64,000 nt of DNA from an uncultured Clostridia bacterium (GCA_947591045.1 CANQCV010000006.1:5953-69952), one strand, 5' to 3'. Shown: positions 21,049 to 32,799, counted from the first letter of the stretch. Numbers and translations: made by a program. The notes: generated from the letters alone by a model not told the origin.

Positions 21049-22775
21049 TATTCCTCGCCTCCTTTTACTTGTGAGTAATACACATCTTTGTAAATTTCAT
21101 TAGAAGCAAGTAACTCTTCGTGTGTTCCTATTCCATTTATTTCTCCATTGTCTAAAACAATTATCTTATCAGCATCTTCTACTGATGAAATTCTTTGTGC
21201 AATTATTATTTTAGTTATGTTTGGAATACTCTCTCTAAATGCTTTTCTTATTAAACTATCTGTTTTAGTATCTACTGCACTTGTAGAGTCGTCTAAAATA
21301 AGTATCTTTGGACTTTTTAATAATGCTCTTGCAATACATAATCTTTGCTTTTGTCCACCTGATACATTTGTTCCACCTTGTTCTATGTAAGTATCATATC
21401 CATTTGGAAATGTCTTTATAAACTCATCTGCTTGTGCTAGCTTGCAAACATTTTCAATTTCCTCATCTGTTGCATCTGCTTTACCCCAACGCAAGTTTTC
21501 TTTTATTGTACCTGAAAATAGCTCATTTTTTTGTAATACCATTGCAACTTGATTTCTTAAAGATTCAATATCATAATCTTTAACATCTATTCCTGCGATT
21601 TTTACTTTTCCGCTTGTTACATCATAAAGCCTTGGTATTAATTGAACTAGGGTTGATTTTGATGAACCCGTACCACCAATTATTCCAACTGTTTCACCTG
21701 ATTTTATATCTATATTAATATTTTTCAAGCACAATTTATTTTCGTCATTTACATAGCTAAAATTAACATTTTCAAAAATTATAGATCCATCTTTTACTTC
21801 TTTTATTGCATTTTCTTTATTTGTTAAATTGCTTTTTTCATCCATAAGTTCTACTATTCTTTCGCCTGATGCTCTTGAAATCATTATTGTAACAAGTACC
21901 ATAGAAAGCATCATTAAAGACATTAATATTTGCATAGTATATGATATTAAACTTGTAAATTCTCCTGTTGTTAAATTATTTGCTACAATTTCTTTTCCAC
22001 CAAACCATGATATAAGAAGTATAATAGTCGCAACAGTAAATTGCATTAATGGATTGTTTAATGCAACTATTCTTTCAGCTCTTGAAAATTCTTTATATAT
22101 TAGTTCTGATGTTTTATTAAATTTTTCTATTTCTTTATCTTCTGTTACAAAAGATTTTACAACTCTAATTCCTCTTACATTTTCCTCAACAGTGCTATTA
22201 AGTTTATCATATATTGAAATTGCTCTTTCAAATATTGGATGTGCTTTTGTTGCAATAAAATATAACCCAAACCCTAATAAAGGAATCGCTAGTAAAAATA
22301 TTAATGCAAGTTTTACATTTATCACAAATGTCATTATTAATGAAAATATAATCATAAGTGGCGCTCTAACAGCCATTCTTATTATCATTTGAAATGCCAT
22401 TTGAACATTGTTTATATCTGTAGTATGTCTTGTAATAATACTTGATGTAGAAAATTTATCGATGTTTGAAAATGAAAAATCTTGTACATTATAATAAATC
22501 TTTCTTCTAACATTTTTTGCAAATCCAGCTGTTGCTTTTGCTGAATAGTCTCCTGATTTTACACCAGTGTATATTGCTATAAATGAACATATAATAAGCA
22601 ATATGCCTACTCCCCAAATTGTTTTACTGTCCCCTTTATTTATTCCATTATCTATTAAGAATGCCATCAAAAATGGAATTATAACATCAAATGCACATTC
22701 AAATCCTACAAATAATGGTGTTAATATAGTTGCCTTTTTGTATTCTCCAATACATTTTGCAAGTTTTTTAATCAT
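21048..22775 (-). CDS. Heterodimeric ABC exporter subunit with degenerate site
   Basis: GGTGSSKS, VSGGQKQR, LDDSTS and IAQR motifs. Confidence 0.93.
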   Translation of the reverse strand: MIKKLAKCIGEYKKATILTPLFVGFECAFDVIIPFLMAFLIDNGINKGDSKTIWGVGILLIICSFIAIYTGVKSGDYSAKATAGFAKNVRRKIYYNVQDFSFSNIDKFSTSSIITRHTTDINNVQMAFQMIIRMAVRAPLMIIFSLIMTFVINVKLALIFLLAIPLLGFGLYFIATKAHPIFERAISIYDKLNSTVEENVRGIRVVKSFVTEDKEIEKFNKTSELIYKEFSRAERIVALNNPLMQFTVATIILLISWFGGKEIVANNLTTGEFTSLISYTMQILMSLMMLSMVLVTIMISRASGERIVELMDEKSNLTNKENAIKEVKDGSIIFENVNFSYVNDENKLCLKNINIDIKSGETVGIIGGTGSSKSTLVQLIPRLYDVTSGKVKIAGIDVKDYDIESLRNQVAMVLQKNELFSGTIKENLRWGKADATDEEIENVCKLAQADEFIKTFPNGYDTYIEQGGTNVSGGQKQRLCIARALLKSPKILILDDSTSAVDTKTDSLIRKAFRESIPNITKIIIAQRISSVEDADKIIVLDNGEINGIGTHEELLASNEIYKDVYYSQVKGGEE

Positions 22776-22871
22776 CTTCTGCCTCCAACATAAAATTTAT
22801 ATTATAGTATATCAAATAAGCAAGCGATTGTAAATACATTCACTTGCTTATATATTTAATTTATTAATAAC

Positions 22872-24449
22872 TTATTTATAAATTACCACATAATCTTCAA
22901 AATTTTTTCTATTGTAATTTGATATATCAAAACTTTCGTTAAATAAGCTATTATTTTGTACATAATCTTTGTGAATAATAATAATTGAATTTAAGTCTAT
23001 TTGCTTTATTAATTCTTCTCTATCACTTATTTTCTTTATATCTGCATTGTCAATTTTAGCTTGAACTTTTGTGTATACTTCTAAAGCACCATCATTTTTT
23101 TCATCGAAATAAAAAATATTGTTGTTATTATCTTTTGTTCCAACTTTGCTTGCAAAGTGAACTGCATCAATATATCTTCTTGAAAAACATCCAGACATAT
23201 CAATTTTGTTTGTATAATATCCGTAAAAATATATACTAAAACTAATAAACAATACGCCATACACAGTACAAACACCATATAACAATTTTTTATTATTATA
23301 TGCTAACAAGCTACTTATTCCTAAAATAGTAAAGAATATGATAGGATACCACACTACATTTAATCTATTTATATTTACTTCTTTAATAATAAGTCCTAAT
23401 ATTAAACTTAAGATTAGCCATATCCAAATAATTGTAATACCTGTTTTAGTATTTTCGTCTTGCATTAATTTTTTTCTAATAAATGCAAAACTTCCTATTA
23501 TAAAGAAAATTATAGAAATATGATATATAGTACCAAATATAGGTGTTGCATTCCATTCTAAACTGTCATATCCTACAAAAACTGTTTTTAATGTCGCTAT
23601 AATATTGTTTTTTAATGTGTTCATGAAATCACTTGAGAAAAATAACATGTCTGATGTTCTAGTATTATTTTCAAAATATTGTATTGTAATTGGTCCTATA
23701 TGAATGTCTGTATCAATTTTAAAGAAATTTAATACATACATAGTTAGTATCGGAAGCGAAAATAATACATAAATAATTATGCATATTATTAAATCTTTTA
23801 TATGTACTTTTTTAGTTTTTAGTAAGTAAATTGCTGTTATCAATAAAAATAGTGGAATAACATAAACTGATACTCCATAAGTGTACATTGATATGGCAAA
23901 AAATATCATTGACAAATATAGAAAATATTTTTTATCTGTGATTCCTCTATATAACAAATAAACAGAAATAAGCATAAAATGCGGAAACATATTGCAATCT
24001 ATTGACCATATTGATTGCATAATATGCCATGGACAAATTGCTAAAAATGCTGTTCCTAGTAAAGCTATACTTTCTTTTTTAAAAATTTTTTTTAGTAAAT
24101 CATAAAAAACAAATAGCGATATTATGCTTATAAATAGCATTGGAAGTCTTATTGTAAAATAAGAAAAGCCAAAAATTTTTATAAAAAATGCCATTATATA
24201 TGCAAGTACTACACTTTGCCCAAATACACCCCAAGCCTCTAAATAAACTGGAAAGCTTGTACCATATGTATCTTTTCCTGTTTCTGATATAGAAAGTGCA
24301 TTTACTGCTGTCATTGCTTCATCACAATTTATTTGTGAAATTGCTTTTGGCCAAAGATAAATTCTAACAACAACAGCAATAAGCATAATAATAGCAAAAA
24401 TTATTTTAGTTTTATGCTTTATAAAAAATTCTTTCATACATTTCTCCAT
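22872..24449 (-). CDS. GT-C fold (ArnT/PMT-like) membrane glycosyltransferase
   Basis: NCDEA motif after the first TM, many TMs, PWHIMQS. Confidence 0.75.
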   Translation of the reverse strand: MEKCMKEFFIKHKTKIIFAIIMLIAVVVRIYLWPKAISQINCDEAMTAVNALSISETGKDTYGTSFPVYLEAWGVFGQSVVLAYIMAFFIKIFGFSYFTIRLPMLFISIISLFVFYDLLKKIFKKESIALLGTAFLAICPWHIMQSIWSIDCNMFPHFMLISVYLLYRGITDKKYFLYLSMIFFAISMYTYGVSVYVIPLFLLITAIYLLKTKKVHIKDLIICIIIYVLFSLPILTMYVLNFFKIDTDIHIGPITIQYFENNTRTSDMLFFSSDFMNTLKNNIIATLKTVFVGYDSLEWNATPIFGTIYHISIIFFIIGSFAFIRKKLMQDENTKTGITIIWIWLILSLILGLIIKEVNINRLNVVWYPIIFFTILGISSLLAYNNKKLLYGVCTVYGVLFISFSIYFYGYYTNKIDMSGCFSRRYIDAVHFASKVGTKDNNNNIFYFDEKNDGALEVYTKVQAKIDNADIKKISDREELIKQIDLNSIIIIHKDYVQNNSLFNESFDISNYNRKNFEDYVVIYK

Positions 24450-26048
24450 TTATACATTTTCTATTCTTGTAAATAGTGGTTCAATATTATTTAATTTTAT
24501 ATTTTCTTTTAAATAAATCATATCCCAACTGTATTTTCCTAAATGTAAATATTCACGAATTTTTTCACATACACCTGGCATAAATGGTTCAAAAATATTT
24601 GATAAATTTGCAATTATAACAGTACAATTATATATTGTATCATTAAATGCATCTATATTTTCTTTTCTTTGAACCCAAGGCTGTTTATCGTCATAATACT
24701 TATTTGCAAACTCAACTAATTCCATAGCAATATCAGATGCTTCTTTAAATTCCAATGTTTCTATACCATGTCCTACTTTGCTATATGTTTCTTCTATTTT
24801 TTCTTCTACTTCTTTATCAAGTTTTCCTACTACTATTTCTTCAATGCCTTTAAATTTAAGAGTTCTATTTACTAAATTTCCAAATTTATTTAATAATTCT
24901 CCATTATTTGTTGCAACAAAATTATCAATAGTAAAATTAGAATCTTTTTTCTCTGGCCCGTTATTAATTAAATGAAAGCGTAAAGCATCTGGATTGTATT
25001 GTTGTACCAATTCTATTGCAGGAATACCATTTCCTTTACTTTTTGATATTTTTTCATCATTAATATTTAGGTATTCAGATGAAACAATAGTATCTACTAA
25101 ATGGTAGTTCTCTTTCATTGCAAGTAATAGTGCATTAAAAATAATACTATGAAAAACTATGTTATCTTTTCCATGAACCATATATATTTCGTTATTATTT
25201 CCATCTTTCCAAAATTCTTCCCAATTTTTTCCGTTATCTTCACACCATTTTTTAGTTGCTGTAATATATCCCAATACTGCCTCAATCCATACATACATTT
25301 TCTTGTTTTCGTAGCCTTCTACTGGAATATCTACACCCCAGTCTAAGTCTCTTGTAACAGCTCTATCAATTAAACCTTGTTTTAAATATTTGCTTGTCTC
25401 ATTTTTTGCGTTTAATCTCCATATACCATTTACCTTTTCAGTATGTTCTTCAATTTCTTTTTGAAATTTAGACAAAGCTAAATACAAGTTTTTGTTATCT
25501 TTTAAAACAGTAGGACTTCCACATTCTAAACATATTCCTTTTGACATTTCTTGAATTGTAGGAACATATTGGCAACTATCACATTGGTCTGCCTTTGTAG
25601 TTGCACCACATTTTGGGCATGTAATTTGAATTTCTCTGTCAGACAAAAACTTTTGGCATTTTTCACAATATGGTTGTGGTTCTGTTTTTTCATAAATGTA
25701 TCCATTATTATACATTTTTTTAAACATATCCATAACTTCTTTTCTGTGGAAATCTGTATCTGTATTAGTATATAAATCATATGAAAATTTAAAATCTTTT
25801 AAAGTTTTTCTATCTCTTTCGTCATAATACTCTGCAATTTCTTTTGGAGATTTATTTTCCTTTTTTGCTCTTTCTGTAATAGGTGTTCCATGGCAGTCTG
25901 TACCTGATACAAATACAACATTATATCCCTTACCTCTAAAATACCTAGCTAATACATCTCCTGATATTAATCCTGCTATGTGTCCTAGATGCAAGTCACT
26001 ATTTGCATATGGCCAAGCACCACCAATAACTATATTTTTATTTTCCAT
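24450..26048 (-). CDS. metG: Methionyl-tRNA synthetase
   Basis: PYAN..HLGH, GTDCHG, Zn knuckles, YVWIEA, KISKS. Confidence 0.92.
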   Translation of the reverse strand: MENKNIVIGGAWPYANSDLHLGHIAGLISGDVLARYFRGKGYNVVFVSGTDCHGTPITERAKKENKSPKEIAEYYDERDRKTLKDFKFSYDLYTNTDTDFHRKEVMDMFKKMYNNGYIYEKTEPQPYCEKCQKFLSDREIQITCPKCGATTKADQCDSCQYVPTIQEMSKGICLECGSPTVLKDNKNLYLALSKFQKEIEEHTEKVNGIWRLNAKNETSKYLKQGLIDRAVTRDLDWGVDIPVEGYENKKMYVWIEAVLGYITATKKWCEDNGKNWEEFWKDGNNNEIYMVHGKDNIVFHSIIFNALLLAMKENYHLVDTIVSSEYLNINDEKISKSKGNGIPAIELVQQYNPDALRFHLINNGPEKKDSNFTIDNFVATNNGELLNKFGNLVNRTLKFKGIEEIVVGKLDKEVEEKIEETYSKVGHGIETLEFKEASDIAMELVEFANKYYDDKQPWVQRKENIDAFNDTIYNCTVIIANLSNIFEPFMPGVCEKIREYLHLGKYSWDMIYLKENIKLNNIEPLFTRIENV

Positions 26049-26114
26049 AAAGTTCCCCCTTAAAAAAGGTCTATTGCCACAAAGTAATTGATGGCAATAG
26101 ACAATTATATTGTG

Positions 26115-26450
26115 TTATATTTTGCTCCAAAACCAATCTAAGCTATTATTAATAACTTTTTTCTTTTTTACCTTAGCCTCTATGTCATCTATCCACAAAT
26201 ATGAAATAAATGATAAAAATATAAATATCAAGTCAAAAATCACTGAGCGTATTGCTACAGACATACCTTCTGTTGTAAGTTTTCCTATGGAAAATTCTAA
26301 TGTATGTAATACTAATGATGCAATAAATATAAATAATAAGATTCCCATAAGAACGCTTTTTTTACTTTGGTAAGCAAACCATAGCATTAAAACAAAAAGT
26401 AATAGTGCAATTAAAATTGAAAAAGGCTGTGTTAAATTTATCATTGGCAT
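26115..26450 (-). CDS. Hypothetical membrane protein
   Basis: Three TM helices; GGAGG RBS. Confidence 0.7.
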   Translation of the reverse strand: MPMINLTQPFSILIALLLFVLMLWFAYQSKKSVLMGILLFIFIASLVLHTLEFSIGKLTTEGMSVAIRSVIFDLIFIFLSFISYLWIDDIEAKVKKKKVINNSLDWFWSKI

Positions 26451-26470
26451 ATTTCAATCCCTCCTATATA

Positions 26471-27835
26471 TTAATTTAATTTTTTTTCAATTAATTTAGC
26501 AAGATTTTCAGCTTTTGTTTTTATATAATCTTTGTCTTGTGCCTCAATCATTACTCTAACTAATGGTTCAGTACCAGATGGTCTAATTAGTACTCTTCCA
26601 TTACCAGAAAATTCTTTTTCTAATTTTTCTATCTCAAGCCTAATTTCTTCATCTTTTTCGTAATCATATTTTTTATTGTTATTTACTTTAGCATTAACTA
26701 GGACTTGTGGATATATTTGTATTATATCACATAATTTAGAAGATGAAACATTTTTTTCCAATAAAATTTTAATTAACATCAAAGATGTTAAGATGCCATC
26801 TCCTGTAGGGTTATAATCAAGCATAATAATATGTCCTGATTGTTCACCACCCAAATTATAATCTTTTTCTAACATTTTTTCAAGTACATATCTATCTCCA
26901 ACTTTTGTTTGTTCAAAGTTGATTTCATTTTTTTCGGCGTATTTACTTAAGCCTAGATTACTCATAACTGTTGCAACTATAGTATTATTTTTTAAAATTT
27001 CTTTTTCTTTCATGTATTTAGAAAAAACTGCTAAAATTTTGTCTCCATCTATTTCATTTCCTTTATCATCTATTGCTAGACATCTGTCGCCATCTCCATC
27101 ATAAGCAATTCCTAAATTACAATGATTTTCAATAACATATTTTTTTAATACATCTAAATGTGTTGAGCCACAATTTTCGTTTATATTAACACCATTTGGA
27201 GTATTATTTAAAATATAGTGTTTAATTCCTAGTGCAGTAAATACTTTTTCTGCAACAACTGATGTTGCTCCATTTGCAGTATCTATCGCAACAACAAAAT
27301 TAGATTTATCAAATTTTTCTAAATCTTCTTCAAAATTTTTTCTAAAGAAGTAAACATATTCATCTAACAAATCTGTTCTAATTTCAGAAACACCAATTTT
27401 TTCATTTACAGCAGTAAGTTCATCTAACTTTCCTGAATCCATAACATCTTCTATTTCTTCTTCTAATTCATCTGATATTTTCATGCCTTTATTACTAAAA
27501 TATTTTACACCATTAAATTCATAGGTATTATGTGATGCTGAAATTACAACACTAGCATCAGCTTTTAATTTCTTTGTTAAATACGCTACTCCTGGTGTTG
27601 GAATTACACCTAAAATCTTAACATTAGCCCCATAACTTAAAAAGCCTGCTACCATTGCACTCTCAATTAGAGTTCCAGAGATACGAGTGTCCCTTCCTAT
27701 TAATATTGTTGGCATATGATTCGTATGTTTTGATAGCACATATGCACCTGCTTTTGCAACTCTATATACTAATTCTGGAGATAATTCCGTATTAGCAATT
27801 CTTCTGATTCCATCTGTTCCAAAATATTTTCTCAT
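26471..27835 (-). CDS. glmM: Phosphoglucosamine mutase
   Basis: YFGTDG, ISASHN, DGDGDR, GGEQSGH and RPSGTEP motifs. Confidence 0.95.
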   Translation of the reverse strand: MRKYFGTDGIRRIANTELSPELVYRVAKAGAYVLSKHTNHMPTILIGRDTRISGTLIESAMVAGFLSYGANVKILGVIPTPGVAYLTKKLKADASVVISASHNTYEFNGVKYFSNKGMKISDELEEEIEDVMDSGKLDELTAVNEKIGVSEIRTDLLDEYVYFFRKNFEEDLEKFDKSNFVVAIDTANGATSVVAEKVFTALGIKHYILNNTPNGVNINENCGSTHLDVLKKYVIENHCNLGIAYDGDGDRCLAIDDKGNEIDGDKILAVFSKYMKEKEILKNNTIVATVMSNLGLSKYAEKNEINFEQTKVGDRYVLEKMLEKDYNLGGEQSGHIIMLDYNPTGDGILTSLMLIKILLEKNVSSSKLCDIIQIYPQVLVNAKVNNNKKYDYEKDEEIRLEIEKLEKEFSGNGRVLIRPSGTEPLVRVMIEAQDKDYIKTKAENLAKLIEKKLN

Positions 27836-27850
27836 TAATACCCTCCTTAT

Positions 27851-29611
27851 TTATATGTTAAAATATTGTATTCCAAATGATATAGTTTGGTACATACCAT
27901 ATAAATTTATTGCAATTGTTGGTAGTAAAATAGTCGTACCTAATATATATTTTAATTTTTTATGTTTATATAACATCTTTTCAAACAATTTAAAAATACT
28001 ACAAATAAATGCCCAAGAAAAGTAAAAAGTATATAAAATCAAACCGTCTTCTTTTACTCCCCATCCAAAAACAAAAATTAATATAAAGGAGAATATACAC
28101 CAAAATGATGTAATTATTGAAAATTTGTCTTTTCTATTTAAAAAACATGATATAATTACCAATGTAATCATAAGGATTCCAACTACATTTGTCTTTGTTG
28201 TATTAGCTTGTAAAATTCTTTTTGTTTTAGAAATAGCAAGTATATTCTCGTCATCAATTTGTATTGGCGGAGTACAATAAAACTTATCTTTTATTGTAGT
28301 TTCTGTATAATACATAGTATTACACACAAAATTGGTATACATATTCCACTTGTCATTAATAGTCACTTGTCCGTCACCTACAAACTGTTCAATATTGTTT
28401 TTAGCTTTATCTTCTAAAATACCCGGTAATATATATATTATTTTTGCCGAAACAATAAATATGGTCATACATTTTAAAAAAGTAAAAAATATATTTTTTA
28501 TACTTTTAGAAAAGTTTTTTCTTTTGCCTAATAGTGGGAAAAAAATCCCAGATGTTAGAATACTTCCGGTTGCTGCAATATATGCAAGATCTTTATCTTT
28601 TTTATCTAATATTACAAGATATATGAACAAGATTAAGTAAAAGACAGGTATTACATATTGTTCTAAATTTATAACAAACAATAATGTAGAATATGAAAAA
28701 GTAATAAAAAGTAAAAATATTGTTTTACTTATTCCGTTTAACTTCAGCATTCTAGCCAAAAGTGTAAATGCTATTATAATCATTATTCCTTGAACAATTG
28801 CAACTAACATTGCATTTAAATTTGGTATTTTAGGCAATATCATTGAAACTAATTTTGGTACAATATTAAAAGGTAATGAAAATATTCCAAATAAAGGTTG
28901 CTTTAAGTCATTGTGCGATGAATTAATATTTGAATATGTATTTTCCAAGTATATTAGTGCTGTATCAGTAGTATAAACAATATCAAATTTATTCCTATTA
29001 TCTACATACTCTTTTAAAAAGTTTACTATTTTTTTATCTTTAATATCTGTACTGTCAATGATTTCTTTTCCATCTGCGCTATAACAAACTACTTTAGGTT
29101 CTTTTAGATTTGCAGTATAAAAGACATCAGTCATATTATATACAACACTAATTCCAACAGTAATTATTATTATGGATATAACTACATACCACTTTTCTAC
29201 CTTGTCCATTGATTTTATATATTTTTCTGCCATATATCCAAGTTTATTATAAAAATAATACAAAAACAAGATTGTAGCAGGAACTGAAATTATAGCTATT
29301 AAATAAACTAATTCCTTTTTAAATGGATATCTGTTATAAACAGTAATCATATAACTTGTAAATATTCCTAATATAGTGCTAATTATTAGTAATGCTTTTT
29401 TGCTATTTTTTAATATGTTTAAAAAATTATATTTAGCTATTACTATTTCAATAACAATAAATGAAAGTATTGATAATAATAATATTTTTAAATCATTTAG
29501 ATACTCATATTGTATTAATAGTAAAGTTAAATTTGCAGTTGATATTCCAACTAAAATATTGATTATTAGTTGCGACATTGTAATATTTTTTAAAATTTCT
29601 TTTGTTTTCAT
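27851..29611 (-). CDS. Multi-pass membrane protein, possibly a GT-C glycosyltransferase
   Basis: About 13 hydrophobic segments; no motif recognised with certainty. Confidence 0.6.
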   Translation of the reverse strand: MKTKEILKNITMSQLIINILVGISTANLTLLLIQYEYLNDLKILLLSILSFIVIEIVIAKYNFLNILKNSKKALLIISTILGIFTSYMITVYNRYPFKKELVYLIAIISVPATILFLYYFYNKLGYMAEKYIKSMDKVEKWYVVISIIIITVGISVVYNMTDVFYTANLKEPKVVCYSADGKEIIDSTDIKDKKIVNFLKEYVDNRNKFDIVYTTDTALIYLENTYSNINSSHNDLKQPLFGIFSLPFNIVPKLVSMILPKIPNLNAMLVAIVQGIMIIIAFTLLARMLKLNGISKTIFLLFITFSYSTLLFVINLEQYVIPVFYLILFIYLVILDKKDKDLAYIAATGSILTSGIFFPLLGKRKNFSKSIKNIFFTFLKCMTIFIVSAKIIYILPGILEDKAKNNIEQFVGDGQVTINDKWNMYTNFVCNTMYYTETTIKDKFYCTPPIQIDDENILAISKTKRILQANTTKTNVVGILMITLVIISCFLNRKDKFSIITSFWCIFSFILIFVFGWGVKEDGLILYTFYFSWAFICSIFKLFEKMLYKHKKLKYILGTTILLPTIAINLYGMYQTISFGIQYFNI

Positions 29612-29615
29612 ACAT

Positions 29616-31322
29616 TTACATTCTTTCTGGCATTTTCATGCCTAACAAGTTTGCTCCGCTATTTAATACAATGTTCACACTATAAGTTAAATACAAACGA
29701 GCATCTTGCTCTTTTTTATTGTCTGTAATAATTTTATTATTGTTATAATAACTACTAAAAGCTTGTGCAAGTTCAATAAGATACCTAGAAATTATGTATG
29801 GTTCGTATTTTTCTGTTGACTGCTTAATAGTATCTTCAAAACGATATAATAATTTAATAATATCAATTGCACCTTTATCATTAAGCTGTTCATAATCTAT
29901 CTCTTCTATCTTTGGTATATATCCTGCTTTTTTTAAAATGCTATTTGTACGCACATAAATGTATTGTAGATATGGACCTGTTTCTCCGTTAAAGTTTAAC
30001 ATTTCATCCCAATCGAATATTTCATCTTTTACTCTGCTGTTGTATAAATCATTAAATATAACAGCACCAATTCCAATAATTTCTGCAATTTTATCTTTAT
30101 CTTCTAAATCAGGATTTTTCGTTTCCATTATAGATTTTACTCTTGAAATTGATTCATTTAGTAAATCTTCTAATTTAATAATATTTCCCTCACGAGTAGA
30201 CATTTTACCAGATTTTAATTGCACCATTCCAAAAGGAACATGAACAAGGTTTTTTGTATATTTTTCGTCAATATCTAATAGTTTTGCAACTTCAAAAACT
30301 TGTTTAAAATGTAAAATTTGTTCATATGATGTTAAATATAATGCCTTGTCAAAATCATATGTTCTTGCTCTATATAAAATTGCTGCTAAATCACGAGTTG
30401 CATATGTAGTAGAACCATTCGTTTTTTCAATCAAGCAAGGAGGCATTTGCTCTCCAAGTTCAATTACTCTTGCTCCTTCTGATTCTACTAATCTGCCCGT
30501 TTTTTCTAATATTTTTACAACTTCTGGCATTTTGTCAGAATAAAATGCCTCGCCGTTAAAAGAATCAAAATGAATATCTAATAAATCATATATTCTTTGA
30601 AATTCTTTTAAACTTAAATCTTTGAATTTAGTCCATAATAAAACACATTCTTCGTCTCCATCTTCTAGCTTTTTAAAATTATTTCTACATTCTTCTAAAA
30701 CACTTTCGTCTTCTTTGCAAAGTTCATTAATTCTTACATAAATCTTGGTTAATTCATCAATTGGGTTTTCTTCTATATTATACTCATTTCCCCATCTTTT
30801 GTAACCCTCGATTAATTTACCAAATTGTGTACCATAATCTCCTAAATGATTAATTCCAATACAATTATACCCTAAAAATTTATGTATTTTATATAAAGAA
30901 TTTCCAATTACAGTTGAGCGTAAATGTCCAATATGAAATGGTTTTGCTATGTTAGGAGAAGAGTAGTCTATAACTACATTTTTTCCTTCTCCTAATTTAC
31001 TAGAACCATAATTTTCTTTTTTTATATCAATCTCTTTAAATACTTCTTTTATAAGTACAGGTTTGCAAATAAAAAAGTTTAAATATCCATTTACTACTTC
31101 TATTTTGCTAATTTCATTTTCCTCAAATGATAAACTTTCTTTTAGTTCAGTTGCAATTATTTGAGGTGATTTTTTTAGCTCTTTTGCTAATTTAAAACAA
31201 GTAAAAGAATAATCACCCATCTCTTTATTTGATGGAATTTCAATATATTCTTCTATTTGCTCTTTGCTCATATCAATTTGTTTTGCAATTTTTTCTGCAA
31301 TAACATTTTTAAAATTTATCAT
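29616..31322 (-). CDS. argS: Arginyl-tRNA synthetase
   Basis: DYSSPNIAKPFHIGHLRS, GKMSTREG, GETGPYLQY, C-terminal PERM. Confidence 0.96.
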   Translation of the reverse strand: MINFKNVIAEKIAKQIDMSKEQIEEYIEIPSNKEMGDYSFTCFKLAKELKKSPQIIATELKESLSFEENEISKIEVVNGYLNFFICKPVLIKEVFKEIDIKKENYGSSKLGEGKNVVIDYSSPNIAKPFHIGHLRSTVIGNSLYKIHKFLGYNCIGINHLGDYGTQFGKLIEGYKRWGNEYNIEENPIDELTKIYVRINELCKEDESVLEECRNNFKKLEDGDEECVLLWTKFKDLSLKEFQRIYDLLDIHFDSFNGEAFYSDKMPEVVKILEKTGRLVESEGARVIELGEQMPPCLIEKTNGSTTYATRDLAAILYRARTYDFDKALYLTSYEQILHFKQVFEVAKLLDIDEKYTKNLVHVPFGMVQLKSGKMSTREGNIIKLEDLLNESISRVKSIMETKNPDLEDKDKIAEIIGIGAVIFNDLYNSRVKDEIFDWDEMLNFNGETGPYLQYIYVRTNSILKKAGYIPKIEEIDYEQLNDKGAIDIIKLLYRFEDTIKQSTEKYEPYIISRYLIELAQAFSSYYNNNKIITDNKKEQDARLYLTYSVNIVLNSGANLLGMKMPERM

Positions 31323-31348
31323 GTTGTTACTCCTTATTATTGTAAAAA

Positions 31349-32491
31349 TTAGTCTCCTAGATTTATGCCTATATTTCTTGCAGTTTTTACCAAGTCATCT
31401 TCCATTGATACTTTTCTTAAATTACTTTCTGGTGTATTTCCAGAAACAGCACCAATTTTTGTATTATTTCCAACAACTTCTTCTAAAGGAACTGAATTTA
31501 ATTTTCCATCTTTAATAACTGTAAGTACATTAAATTTTCCTTCTAATGCAAGTTCCATAGCTTTTGCTCCATATTTAGTTGAAAGAACTCTATCAAAAGA
31601 AGTTGGTATTCCTCCTCTTTGCATATATCCTAAAACAGTGCATCTAGCCTCTAAGCCAGTTAGTTTCTCAAGTTGTTTCGCAACTTGTTCGCCAACTCCT
31701 CCTAATTTAGTATTATCTACACCTATACCATTATTTCTTGTATCTTTAACAACAAGTTCTCCACCTTTTGCCTTAGCTCCTTCTGCAACAACTACAATGC
31801 TAAAGTCTTTGCCTTGTTTTCTTCTTTCCATAATCTTTTGGGCTGCTTTTTCTATATCATATGGTATTTCTGGAATTAATGCTACATCAGCTCCACCAGC
31901 TATTGCTGATTCTAGTGCAATCCAACCTGCATATCTTCCCATAACTTCCAAAATCATTATTCTGTGATGTGTTTCTCCTGTTGTATGTAATCTATCTATT
32001 GCCTCTGTTGCAACAGAAACAGCTGTATTATATCCAAATGTGATATCTGTACATGCTACATCATTGTCTATTGTTTTAGGTACTCCTATAACATTTACAC
32101 CTCTTAAAGAAAAATCTCTTGCTGATTTTTGTGTTCCATCTCCCCCTAATGTGAATAAACAATCAATTTTATCTTTTTTTATATTTTCTACACAAATCTC
32201 AGATAAATCTTTGTATACTCTTTCTCCATTTTCTTCGACTGGATAATTAAAAACATTTGCATTTGTAGAAGAGCCTATTATAGAGCCACCCTTTGGTAGT
32301 ATACCTGATGCATTACAATTTGAGCTTGTCTCTAATACAACATAGTCATTATTTAACAAACCCCTATACCCATCTATAAATCCTAAACATTCAATATTAT
32401 TATTTTGAGCTGTTTTTACTATTGCACGAATTACTGCATTAAATCCTGAAACATCTCCACCATTTGCAAGTATTGCAACTTTCTTTATCAT
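31349..32491 (-). CDS. pfkA: 6-phosphofructokinase (PfkA family)
   Basis: GGD, GGDGT, PKTIDND, EVMGR and LGYMQRGG motifs. Confidence 0.88.
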   Translation of the reverse strand: MIKKVAILANGGDVSGFNAVIRAIVKTAQNNNIECLGFIDGYRGLLNNDYVVLETSSNCNASGILPKGGSIIGSSTNANVFNYPVEENGERVYKDLSEICVENIKKDKIDCLFTLGGDGTQKSARDFSLRGVNVIGVPKTIDNDVACTDITFGYNTAVSVATEAIDRLHTTGETHHRIMILEVMGRYAGWIALESAIAGGADVALIPEIPYDIEKAAQKIMERRKQGKDFSIVVVAEGAKAKGGELVVKDTRNNGIGVDNTKLGGVGEQVAKQLEKLTGLEARCTVLGYMQRGGIPTSFDRVLSTKYGAKAMELALEGKFNVLTVIKDGKLNSVPLEEVVGNNTKIGAVSGNTPESNLRKVSMEDDLVKTARNIGINLGD

Positions 32492-32616
32492 TTTAAAACC
32501 TCCATTATTATTATTTGCTACTATTATATCAAAATCAAAAAAAATTACAATAAAAAGTCGTAATTTTTAATAAAATATAATGATTATTAATTCTTAAAAT
32601 AGAAAATTTTATTTAT

Positions 32617-32692
32617 TCGTAATGTCTTTGTAATATTTTTGTAATATTTTCGTAATTTGTTTGTAATATTCTTGTAACATTATGTAACATTA
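32617..32692. repeat. Tandem array of seven TGTAA-core repeats with 11-bp period
   Basis: GTAA starts at 32619, 32630, 32641, 32652, 32663, 32674 and 32684. Confidence 0.8.
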
Positions 32693-32732
32693 TTATTAAA
32701 TTTAAGTTTACCTTTTTATTTTTACACATATC

Positions 32733-32799
32733 TGTGGATAATGTGGATAACTTTGTGAATAACTATATATTCGTGTTTTTTTCGACACACTTATTCACA
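32733..32799. promoter_or_regulatory. DnaA-box cluster (4 boxes) with a Spo0A-box-like site
   Basis: TGTGGATAA 32733-32741 and 32742-32750, TGTGAATAA 32754-32762, TTATTCACA 32791-32799; TTCGACA 32781-32787. Confidence 0.7.

Noticed and set aside
32617..32692. CRISPR array
   Set aside because: The 11-bp units have no spacers and there are no cas genes in the window.
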